Source: Podarcis cretensis (lineage: Eukaryota). Taken from it: DNA of 64,000 nucleotides. This document shows, piece by piece, positions 37,238-48,524 of this stretch. Under the pieces are notes generated by a model, which saw nothing but the letters and a program-made list of their open reading frames with translations, made no database searches and was not told where the DNA came from. The position numbers and the translations under genes are program-made. The stretch covers positions 43,772,001 through 43,836,000 of the forward strand of contig OX638158.1 of NCBI GenBank assembly GCA_951804945.1, given 5' to 3'. Positions within the stretch are counted from its first letter, which is position 1. Every line of letters starts with the position of its first letter.

Positions 37238-38520
37238 CCTATAATAATAGATCTATACAAAATACTGGGAATCTCAGGACAAACAGAAGTGGGGGTCGCC
37301 CTTTAGCCTAGAATCAATCTCAGCAAATCCTCCTCTCATTCAGGCAGTGTCTGTATGAGCAGTATCCCCCATTCTGTAGGTTGTTGAAATAAACTTACAA
37401 AAAGTCCTTGTCAAGCCTGACGCCTGTTCTTCACCGAGTACGGTAATTCCCTTTTCAGCACAGAACAAATAAAACAAGCAATTGGAGGGAAAGGAAGAGG
37501 GAGGAAAAAGTCTTACAATACTTCTTACACAGATGGCTCCAAATCAAGTACACGTGGCCTTAGTGTTAGTAGGCCAACAAATTAGTGATAGAGTTATGCA
37601 GGCATGCAGGCAAGGGTTTCAGAAAACACATCCCTGACTATTGCCTAGCAGGCGATTTCATAAAAGTGGTGGGAATCTGGCAGCAGCTCCTTCCAACTTT
37701 GTGGAATTAGAAAGGAGCTGATGGGGAAGGAGTCTTCCTAAGGCACAGAAAATGTGGCATTCCATGTGTTCTCCTTGAGCCATGCAAAAAGAGGGTGCAA
37801 AAGCAGACAGGAACCCAAATGGCCTCATAATTTCTCTTGTGGGGTTCCTGGGGTAGAAACATAATTTTAATTGCATCTTAGAGATTTCAGTGATCTGCCG
37901 CTGCCAGAAGTTTGCTTGCTTCCTCCTATGAACAATTGCTCTCTTATTCTAAGGCAGAGTCAAACTAGATGGGCCTCACATGGGCCCTGATGATTCTGGG
38001 CAAACAGGGGGTGGGCTTAGAGTGAAAGCATGAACGGGATGGGAGATGAGACCTGAATTCTCCCACTCCCTGTGTTTTTCACCCTGAAGGCGCTATGCTC
38101 CGACTGCAGGAGGAATTCAAGCATATACTTCAGACGTGCACAGTTAAAGTGAACCAAACACACGTAAAACAAGCAAACAGAAAAACAGACTGTCTGCAGT
38201 TAGAAAAGTGATGGGGAAACACCCCAAAGAGTGTGGGATGAAAGGGAAGACATGTAAGCACCCAGAAGCAAATCAAGATGCCTGCTCATTGTTGTACAGC
38301 TGCCCTGTAAATAAATCAGAACTAAGCTTTTTGCAAACAAAGATTTTGTGAAATCAGTGCCCAAGGCCAGTGGCGGAGGCAGCAGGGTGAGACAGCACTT
38401 CCTGTTTTGCCTGAAGCAGTGAAACGGGACACGCTGCTGGTGGCACTCAATAAATGCCCTCTAACAAGGAAAGATCTGGGTGCATTTGTGACTTTGGATG
38501 ATCACGGTGATTAATATATA

Positions 38521-39409
38521 AAGTGGTGCCTCGCAAGACGAAATTAATTCGTTCCGCAAGTTTTTTCTTCTTGCGTGTTTTTCGTCTTGCGAAGCACGGT
38601 TTCCCATAGGAATGCATTGAAAATCAATCAATGCGTTCCTATGGAGACCGTCCGGGGACAGAGGGGAAGCGCCGCACGGCTTCCCCTCTGTCCCCGGACC
38701 TGTTTAAAGCAAGGGGCAGCGGGGAGAAGATTGCTTCTCCCCGTTGCCTGCCCCGCAATCTCCGGGGACAGAGGGGAAGAGGACCTGTTTAAAGCAAGGG
38801 GCGGCGGGGAGAAGATTGCTTCTCCCTGTTGCCTGCCCCGCAATCTCCGGGGACAGAGGGGAAGGCGCGCGGCGGACCTGTCCCCGGACCTGTTTTAAAG
38901 CAAGGGAAGGGGCAGCGGGGAGAATTGCTTCTCCCTGTTGCTGCCCCTTGGTTCAAAAGGGGTCCGGGGAGAGAGGGGAAGCAAGGGGCGGAGGGGGGAA
39001 GATCGCTTCTCCCCGTTGCCGCCCCTTGGTTCAAAAGCGCGCGCCTTCCCCTCTGTCCCCTCTTTTGAAGCAAGGGGCGGAGGGGAGAAGATCGCTTCTC
39101 CCCGTTGCTGCCCCTTGGTTCAAAAGGGGTCCGCGTGCGCCTTCCCCTCTGTCCCCGGAGATTGCGGGGCTGGCAACGGGGAGAAGCGATCTTCTCCCCG
39201 TTGCCGCCCCTTGCTTCAAAAGAGGTCCGGGGACAGCGGGGAAGACGCGCTGCGCTTCCCCGCTATCCCCGGAGCTTGCGGGGCAAGCTTCGTTTTGTGA
39301 AGCAAGCCCATAGGGAGATGCGTCTTGCGAAGCGGCTAAGAAAATGAAAAACTCATTCGTCTAGCGAGTTTTTCGTCTTCCGAGGCGTTCGTCTTGCGGG
39401 GCACCACTG
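38521..39409. mobile_element. Tc1/mariner (Tigger/pogo-like) non-autonomous element with an internal GC-rich minisatellite
   Basis: TIR AGTGGTGCCTCGCAAGACGAA / TTCGTCTTGCGGGGCACCACT, TA flanks, subterminal CGTCTTGCG repeats. Confidence 0.88.
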
Positions 39410-39794
39410 TATCACTTGGAGCTTGGGTCATGAATTCTTACGAATATTCATAATTTCTGTAGCATTTTTTTTAACAGCACAGCCCAAGGAATGCCTGCTC
39501 AGAAGTAAGTCCCACTAGGTTCAACATGGCTTACTCCCAAGTAAGCTTGATTGCAAGCTTAGTATGCAAGCACCAGTGAATGCATTATAGATCATTTATA
39601 TCACCCATGACAACCATGTGAGACAGGTCGCTGCTCCTCTTTACTTTATTGCTGGAAATTATGGCATAGTGACATTTTTGCAGCAGAATCCAGTAAATCC
39701 AGGCCTGTGACTGGATTTAGAGCAGCTTGCATTGCTCATGACCAACGTTCTCTCCACAGGATTTTGCTGGCTCTCTAGAACGGTTTCCTGTCTG

Positions 39795-40397
39795 TGTCAT
39801 GAACTAGCAGGATGATGGGGAGAAGGAAGAGGAAGAAGAGGATCCCAGCAAGGGTGATGGATGATGGCAAGGGAATGGGGGTCAGTGCACAGGAACCAGA
39901 GCAGCAGGACCCAAAGCCAGAGGGGCCCCTGTCTCCACAAACACCGTGGGCTCTAGGAGGCAGAGGGAGGAGTGAGAGGGGCGCTCTAGGAGGCTGAGGC
40001 AGGCAAGGGCCCACAGCCCAGCTCCCTAGCTGGCCAGGTGGAGATTGCTAGCTCTGGGAGGAGGTGTGTGATTCCTCAGCTGAAGTAGGCTGAGGACAGG
40101 TGTGGCTCACATGTCTCATCAAGCCCAGATGCTGCAATCAGCATGCAAAGTGCAAAGGGGAAGCAGAGCTGAGGTGCTGTGTCTGTTCAACTGCCCATGT
40201 TGGTGGACCTTGGCTTGGATGCTCCTGGACCTCTATGGGACTGTGCTTTGGGTTTGACTCTGGGCTGTATTCTGACTACCGGGCTTCAGATTTGACTACT
40301 TGAATTGACCCTGGTCTGCGTTTCCTGACCTTTGGACTTTGCTTGCGTTGCTACACCCCTGGACTTGGACTTCAGACCAGGTCAGGGGTTCAAGACA
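39795..40397. mobile_element. Probable solo LTR (Gypsy-like)
   Basis: TGTCATGAAC...GTTCAAGACA (TG...CA, 9/10 inverted match), purine-rich 5' half and TGGAC-rich 3' half. No clean TSD. Confidence 0.55.
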
Positions 40398-40574
40398 CTA
40401 TGGATGGGCAAATCTGTCAGAATCCATTCTCTCTGTTTCTCATTACTCCAATTTTAATTTCAGTTCTCCACATTTCTACATCAGAGCTTTTTTAAAAAAA
40501 GGCATCATAAAAATTTGCCAGCATTTTAATTTAAATTTCTTTGATAGACACATATTTGTATGCAATTTTGCCTA

Positions 40575-40700
40575 GAGGCTCTCAACCTCAGGGTTGTGGG
40601 TGTGAGCCCCACTTTGGGCAAAAGATTCCTGCACTGCAGGAGGTTGGATTCAATGATCCCTGGGGTCCCTTCCAGCTCTATGGTTTTATGGTTCTGTGAT
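40575..40700 (+). mobile_element. Decayed tRNA/CR1-tail SINE inserted in an older repeat (~40403-40870)
   Basis: CACTGCAGGAGGTTGGATTCAATGATCCCTGGGGTCCCTTCCAGCTCTATG resembles the tail of the 10575 element. Confidence 0.7.
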
Positions 40701-43199
40701 TGTTTTCTTCTATGGTATTTTCACTGATATAAGCATTTGTATGAACATTTTACCCTAATAGATGCATTCTTTTATGCAATCCTTGGCTGGAGAATTGCAT
40801 TGCAAAATCTGACTACGTGAAGCTTTTAAAGAGTGGCTCCTCTTCAGTCTGAATATTGTTTGGCAAAGTGAACATTGGATACGTTTGCCTGTGAATGCAA
40901 ACCCCACCAAACTTCCATACAAACTTTTTACAATAAGGAAAGGGACAGGAACATTCACTGGGAAGTGTGGAATAACATTTATTTGATGCAACATTGTATA
41001 CCGTCCCTGCCAACAAATCAGAATGAATGTTCAATAACTGTCCGACGTCGCTGGGGATTGGAAAGAAAAGAAGGAAGAAGGGAGGGAGGGAAAAAACCTG
41101 ACCTCATCTAACCTCCACCCCCCCCCCTTGCAGACTTTGTGCAAACAAAACAGGCTGCTTAGAAGTGACCTTAGAGGAAATATCTTATTTCCCACATATT
41201 AGCACAGGGCAATCTCTAGTGTATTCCAGAGCTTCTTCATCTCTGATACTGTAGTGAGTCATACTGTATAGGCGGTACAAACAAATCCTTTCATTTTATT
41301 GATTTATCTGAATTTCAGTGCAGAAGCTCATCTCTTCAGTACTATTTTCCTAGAGCATGGGATTTTGTTCTAAAAAAACATTCATTTGTTTAAAACATGG
41401 TTTTCTCAGTAAATGTACTGATGCATTTTTGCTGAAGTGTGTACTGGCATTAGTATTTGTATACAATTTAAAGAAAAACAGGAAAAATACTTGGGAATCG
41501 TGCATTCCTAACATAGAAAACAGCAGTCTAAATAGAAGTCTTTGATTTGGAGGTCATCCTAGCTTTCTGTAACTGCTGCTTATCAGCGGATTATACATAT
41601 TTGATATGGCTCACATTTTCTAGTTAGCCCAATAATTATTACAGTTATTAGCATTTGCAAATAATCTTAGCCTCTGCATGGTTGAAATTGTCTATCTTCC
41701 CATTCTGTTCCAATAAAGAGTTCAGTATAATCCAAATGCTTACAAAGTAATTATTATTTTTGAGCAATGAAAGTTATTTCCTCATTTGCCATACTGTATA
41801 TTTATTGCCTAGCCTAATTGTTCAACTGTACTTTAAAAAAACTGAACACTATTAAAATGAAGGTACTACTAACTATATTATTCTAGGCTTGTGGGGCTTA
41901 ATTACTTAATTAGATAATTAATAGTGCAAACCTGTGTAAGTCTATTCAGAAGTAAGCCCACTGACTTCACAAAGGTTTACTGTCAGTGTGTATAGAATTA
42001 CAGCCTCAATCTACATATGAGCAAAAAGCATAATTTCTTACACATGTCTCATAGCAGATAATAACTTGCTAAAGATGGTACTTGCCAGCTGGAGAGTTGT
42101 TGTTTTTTTTGGCAACTACTTGTATTAAAAATAATTTATTAAAAACAATTGCTTAATTATATTATTTTATGATGTATCTCATGAAATACATTTATTGGAA
42201 TCATAGAAACTATTAATCTGGCAGACCTTTTTATCTGACTGCTATATCCATTTTTAATGATGTCCAACTAACATACTTAGAGTGGACCTGTTGCAATTAT
42301 TAATTGACTAATATTAGATATCGCCCACTATATATTTTACAATTATACGTAAGTTCGTATTATAATATTTCAACACACTGTCAATAGTATCAGCGAAAAT
42401 GCCAGAAATGATGTAATTGCAAAAGAAACAGTCTATTAAAATCTTCTGCTTCAATCTCCTGAAAGGAATATGAACAAAGGAATAACCTTGTTAATGATCT
42501 TCATGTTCATGTAATTTAGGTCCTGCTATTGTTTGCACATGTCATTTTCTCATTTCCACAGCTAAATGAGATTATCCATAAAAAAAATATCCCTGAGCTA
42601 GAAAGGCAAAGAAGAATCTAATTGAAAGTTGTTTGCAACCACAGAGACTAAACCCAAAGATAGCATCCCAATTGCAAACATACAGCCCTTTGCAACTAAA
42701 CTGCAATTAGAATCTGACTCTAAATAAGGGCAGATTTAACAAAACATGCCCTTTATGTTTTAGCTGTGTGTGTGTGTGTGTGTGTGTGGTTACACACCCA
42801 CATCCACCTGCATTTTACTGTTTTGTGTTTTCACACATTTATGAAGTTAGTCAAATACAGAATTTCTACAGTCTGCTAAACAAGTAAATATTTGAAATGG
42901 GAGCATGCCTTCCACAGTAACAGTGGCATAAGCACTGGCCTGACAAAGGGTGGTAAGAAACCACAAAAGTGGATCTCGTTAACATTTGGTTTCATTTCTC
43001 ATAGTTCGGAAGAGTATTATGGACTGTTCTCTCACGTCAACAAATAGTTGTATTACATTGAGTCTTATGTTCATATTTCACAGTGCAGCAATTTCTTAGT
43101 AGTTGTTTAGCAATTGTTCAAGTTATTTATTGTTTCGCCACAATGAGGGCCAGCTCTGGAAGGAGAGAATTTAGTGGGACAACCATCAGGTGAGGGACA

Positions 43200-43900
43200 G
43201 GCATAACACATTCCCTGTCTGCCATTTTCTGACACACATTTGAAACACCATAGCAGGGGGGTCCACCAGGGGGCGCTTTGGAAGATGGCCAACAATAACA
43301 TCTCTCCGACTCACACGAGGTAATTAAAAGGCTGCTATGGGAAGCATGCAGTCTTCCTGGCCCCCCCAAGGGGATGGGGGGGCTGCCTTGCCAGCGGTGT
43401 CCATAATTCACCGCCGGATTCGAAAGAAGGGGGTGCGGACACTTGGCACGAGCCCTTGTGTGAAGTCTGCTCTTCCCGGACGCTGTCTCCAATCAGCGCA
43501 CTGGCTGCTTTAGCTCGAAACATATAATTGGAAATATATAATTGGAAAGAAGCTAAAGCACATGCATCAAGCGAAGATTGGGAATTAAGACTGCTGATTA
43601 ATGCATCTCTGGGAGCAGAGCGACGGGCGGGACAAATAAATCAAGTGATGAATCACCATTAAAAGACTGGTATGTTTGGTGCGAAACGGAAAGGGGGGTG
43701 GAGGAAAAAACTTTTCTTTTTCTTTGACTTATGTGAGTATTAATAACCCTCCACGCCAAAGAAAGAAGAACCGTTGCAATTTATTAATCACAAGCAGGAA
43801 TTCAGGAACTGTGTGGAGTGAATTATCGATCAAAGAGAGGATTGTAAACATCGGAGAACGGAGGAAAGTTTTATGACACAGTTTCAAATGGTGTCTTGTT
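43200..43900. promoter_or_regulatory. CpG-enriched unique block: candidate promoter, enhancer or insulator
   Basis: CTCF consensus CCACCAGGGGGCGC (43263-43276), CCAATCAG (43489), TATA-like TATATAA (43535), GGGCGGG (43625), many TAAT/ATTA sites. Elevated CpG with no TE hallmarks. Confidence 0.55.
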
Positions 43901-46551
43901 GAGACAGGCTTGCCTAAGAAGGATGGGGGAGGAGGACCAGGGTCATGTGAATGCTTATAGGAATGCAATCTAGACCTTGGCAGAGCCCTCTGAGATATGT
44001 TTGGCAAGCCTGGGAAAATTAATGGACAGACCGAGGGAAAGTCTCTTTATGGAGGTGTGGAAATGGCGGCTGTCCTTATGTGATCTGATTTTTGGAGAGT
44101 GTAAAACCCACATAGAGGATGTTTGTTTTCAACCCGCTTGTGAAGATTATCAGAGATCGCAAAGAAAGGAATATATGATAACAACAAGAAGATGAGGAAA
44201 GTAACAAAGAGACTATCTGGACAGAACTGGATAGAATTGTCTAATTAAAGCAGCAATATAAGTGATGTTTGGACACCTTTTCGGAGCTTGAAGTATGGGT
44301 ACCCCCAACAAAAAAATTAAAAATTTGGCTGTATAATTTGGAACTACTGTGATTTGGAAATAATGTGATTTGATTGGCCTGTTAATAAAAATTGTATTTT
44401 TTTTAAAAAAGAAACACCATAGCAGGAATAGAAACCACTAGGGCAGTGGTTTTCTACCAGAGGTGCCGCAGGCAACACTAGGGGGTACTGTTTGGAGTGA
44501 GGCAGTTGGGCAGTTGCCCTTCCTTTTCCCATCCCATCTTTGATGTCAATTCCTCACTCTTCAAATAACTTTTATTTGTTTTTTTTTAAAAAAAGAAGTG
44601 TGAAGTCACTGAAACATGTGTTGGCGTTAAATTGCCACTTAAATGTTATCAGTGTATTGTTGACAATAAACTATAGCAGGTAGCATTGTTTTATTGTAAG
44701 ATTAGGCAAAAGTACAGGACAGATTCAACCTGAACCCACTGTGTAGTCTTCAACAGTTCATTATGTGTCAGCATGTTTACCACCTGTGAAAGAATAAGAA
44801 TAGCCACATGCATAGGGCTGATTTAGGACTATATGCAGGTGGGGGAGGGGACAAATTTCTAGCCTTGGGGGGGGGGGATATGTTTTAAGGTTTCCCTTCC
44901 TTCCTTTGATTTCCCCCCAAAATGTGTGAATATATTTCCCTCCTCTCAGTGACTCCATTTTAGCTAGAATCCACCTGAGTTGCTATTAGACAGAGTGGTG
45001 TTTTTTGTTTTCTTAAAAAATACATTCTAATTGTATCTCTGAGAGCCAGGATGCTGTAATAAGTTAAGAGTGTTGAATTAGGACCAGAAAACCAGGAACT
45101 ATGCAGTTCTCTACGCAACCTTGGGTGTATTCACTTTCTTTCAGCTTCACCCATCTTGAAGTATTTTTGGGGGTGGGGTGGGGTGGGGAAGCAGGGTACA
45201 GAACCCTGTATGAAAAGTGGAATGTGAGAAATAAATTGAAAATAGGAGAACTTCCACAATTCAAATCCTGCCAGTATTGTCAAATCAAAGCGGTCAGGCT
45301 GCTTCTGCAGTCGTTGAGTACCCATTGGACTATTTCCATCTGCTTGTGTGTATTTGTCCTTTTCAAGTTATGTTTCGAAACATCTGCTCTTCATGTTGCA
45401 CCGTTCTCTGTAGAATTTAATTCAGAATAAATAGAACTTCCGATTCCCTCTGTAGAAAGTACCAACTGTGCGCTAATTTTACAATTTTAACTTGGTCTTA
45501 AGGCCCACTAATTTTTAAAAAAATAAATAAAATAAGCTGCTGTAACTCTGGTGAAAGGTTCCAGCTGATTGGAACCTTTTAATGTATGTTGAGCAACAGC
45601 TGGGGCAATACAAAACTAGGCCTGATGAGGCAAGCAAGCTCATTACAAGCAAAGCAGATGGACCAAATTTCACTGTGCAGAATGTAATGGCCAGCTTGCC
45701 TGACTGACTTTGCCTTTGAGAAACTTCCACCCAAGAAATTGTTAATCCAAAAAATTAGGGTCTCTTACTCTGCAAGCCTCAGCTTTTGAAACAGATGAGG
45801 GCACTGCTCCAGCACTTTTATCACAGCAGAGCTGCTGGTTTTCAGAGCGTATTGAAAAATAAACATACAATAATTGCCAGAGAAAGTTACGCATACAAAT
45901 GGCACATACAGTCTGAGCCTAACCATGTTTCCTTTGAATACCAATGCAAGTCCATAGGGCTTACTCCCAAGTAAGTATGTGTAGGACTGCAGCTGTGACT
46001 GAGTGCTGAGTTTTGTGCTTCTGCTGTGCCACCACATCTATGGATGGCATAATGGCATCATGATCCTGTGCCCTTCTAGCTAAACTGAAACAATACCTGT
46101 AGAAAACACCAAGGAGGCTTGGGACATATTTTATGCTTTCTTCCGAGGAGCTCAAGGCAGCATTTAAGTTCCTACCTTCCATTCTTTCCTTGCAACAATC
46201 TTCTGAGGTGGGATTAGAGTGGGAGACTACTTAATTCTGCTCTGACACACTAAGCATGCTGGTACTCTATTAAAAATAGCACAGCACCAAGCCATCTCCT
46301 TGTTTAAAAAGACATGCTGTGCGTTGTAGGTGGTTGGCACACTTGCACATCTGCTACATTTTTTTGGAACTGGAGTTGCCTGTCAGTTTGAGGACAAACG
46401 TATTTACAGATGTCTCTGATGCTTCCCCCTGCAGATCACTCTTCATGCTCACGATTTACGTAATTAGAGTGAAGCAACAAAATCTCTGACAGGATCACAA
46501 TATTGAAGACAAGGTAAGACAAGCAAACCCTTTCTTAGACTAGAAAATGAG

Positions 46552-46723
46552 GTGGAATCTACACACGTATAAAGAATTTGCAGTGAAAATGCTTCATTTT
46601 AAAACATTTTGAAATATACATTCAATTTTGCATAGCTCACTGTCGCCACCTGTTGTCACCTTTGCATATTGCACTTTACAACACATTTAAAATGTTTTCA
46701 TTGCAGCTATATAGCTGAGTCCT
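46552..46723. mobile_element. Second copy of the CTCF-motif-bearing short element
   Basis: ATCTACAC...CTGTCGCCACCTGTTGTCAC...AGCTGAGTCCT, the reverse orientation of 31291-32273. Confidence 0.6.
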
Positions 46724-47079
46724 GAGAATTGCATTTTTTTATTTAAGTGATGAACTCTTTCCTTTCAAACTGCTTTCTTCATAATGGGTATTTTAAAAGC
46801 CAGCAGGTTTAATAATGCAGATAAAGTAGATCATTTTGAAAGCATTGCAAGTTCCATATGTGTGTGTGTGTGTATATATATATAAAATATTTGCAATCTT
46901 TCCACTTATTGGCAAATCTGGTAAATTCACTGTCTACTTACTCGTGGTCTGAAAGTAAATTTTACAGAAACTGCATGGGGGGGGCTGCTCGGTCCCAGGG
47001 TGGGAGGTTGCTTGGGAACCCTATGTGCAACATGAGAGAGGGATATAAACCAATAAATAATTGTTATAGGCTTATAAAT

Positions 47080-47182
47080 TAAGGTTGCCAGACGTCCCCG
47101 TTTCCCGGGGACAGTACCCATACAAAATCCATTGAAGTTGAAAAGTGTCCCTGGGTTCATTGAAAAAAATCTGGTAACCTTA
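47080..47182. mobile_element. 103-bp hAT MITE
   Basis: TIR TAAGGTTGCCAGA / TCTGGTAACCTTA with perfect TSD TTATAAAT (47072-47079 / 47183-47190). Confidence 0.9.
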
Positions 47183-48416
47183 TTATAAATAGCCAATTTT
47201 TGCCTATGGTGAGGTAAGAAACTGGTATTGTGAAGATAATTTGTAAACTGTTGGAAGGGAAATTGGAATTTTGATGTGTCACAAATGACTTACCACTTTC
47301 ATTGGGAGGGCTATTTGTCTGGTAGACATTAGAAAGGCCAAATTACTGCTAGCCTATGGGTCCATTCTCCCCCCCCCCCAACCAGTTGGATGTCCTTGTG
47401 TTTACTGTACCCTGCTCCATATTTCTCTCTCTCTTGGTCTCTCTCTCTGTGTGTGTGTATGGCAACATACAAGTCATTTTCTGAAAGGAGTGTAAATAGC
47501 TATCTGGAAATCAGCAGAATATTTTTCCACAGTAGCTTTTGTTAAAAAAAATCTTCAGATTGCAGTGAGCACCCCCCCCTCCAAGCTTGCAGGCTGTTTT
47601 AAATGCTGTTTCAGGGGAATTATTAATATCTTTTGGTGCTGCTGTGGGTGAATATGTGTTATCAGTCTCTGTCTATGCCTTACTGCTAAACAAAAGCCTT
47701 TAAAAGGAACTGATTACTAGCAAAACTCTTGCTTGTAGAATAAAGCAGAATTTCACCGGGTTCATGAAGATAATTTCAAATGAAAGCTGTTAACATTGCA
47801 CACAAAAGGGAATGAGGTCTCTTCTTCTGTAAATGGATGCATTATTCATTAGGTGGAATAGGCTCCTAAACTATCTGTTTTCCATGCTACTGCTACACCC
47901 ATTTCTGCTTATTCAGCAAGTTGACACATCATACACATATGATGGGTCTCATAGAAAGGGCTAAGAGGCCAAGTGAGAGAAATCTACAGAGCAGTTTCCT
48001 TTTCCTTTTTTTTAATAATGGTGTGCTAACAAAATGACATTTCATGCTGGGCATTCCCTGTTCTTCATTATCGGTTACTCTGCAGTATGAATAAAATGGA
48101 GCAAGTTTTGAAACTGTGCTGAAGCAATGCCAGGATATGTTTTTAATGTACTTTGTTTCATATATTCTGTTCTTTTTCTTCATAGCTGGTGTATTTTGCG
48201 TGTTGCACTGTCTCCTCCCATTGTGCTCTTCTAGCACTCAAATTAGCACCTACAAAATAGGTCTCAACATCACTTAGCAGAGCAAGCTTACTCCGAGAAG
48301 GCCCTTTCGTGGGCCAGCAGATGCCCACCTTCCACAGGCAGTGAGATCCTGAGCAGGGCTTTTGAGAAAGACCTTTGTATCCAAGCAGGCTCCTGTGATG
48401 ATAAGACTTCCTTAAG

Positions 48417-48524
48417 GAAAGCTCATACCACAAACAAACTTAGTTGGCCTCTAAGGTGCTACTGGATAACTTATTATTTTTTATATATATTTCTACTGCG
48501 TCAGATCAACATGGCTACCTACCT
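48417..48524 (+). mobile_element. Penelope-like terminal fragment
   Basis: GAAAGCTCATACC...TTAGTTGGCCTCTAAGGTGCTACTGGA...CAACATGGCTACCTA is a reverse-complement match to 53687-53783. Confidence 0.8.

Noticed and set aside
38575-39347. Cluster of overlapping repetitive ORFs, and a CRISPR-like appearance
   Set aside because: This is a GC-rich minisatellite inside a TA-flanked MITE. There are no unique spacers, and the context is eukaryotic.
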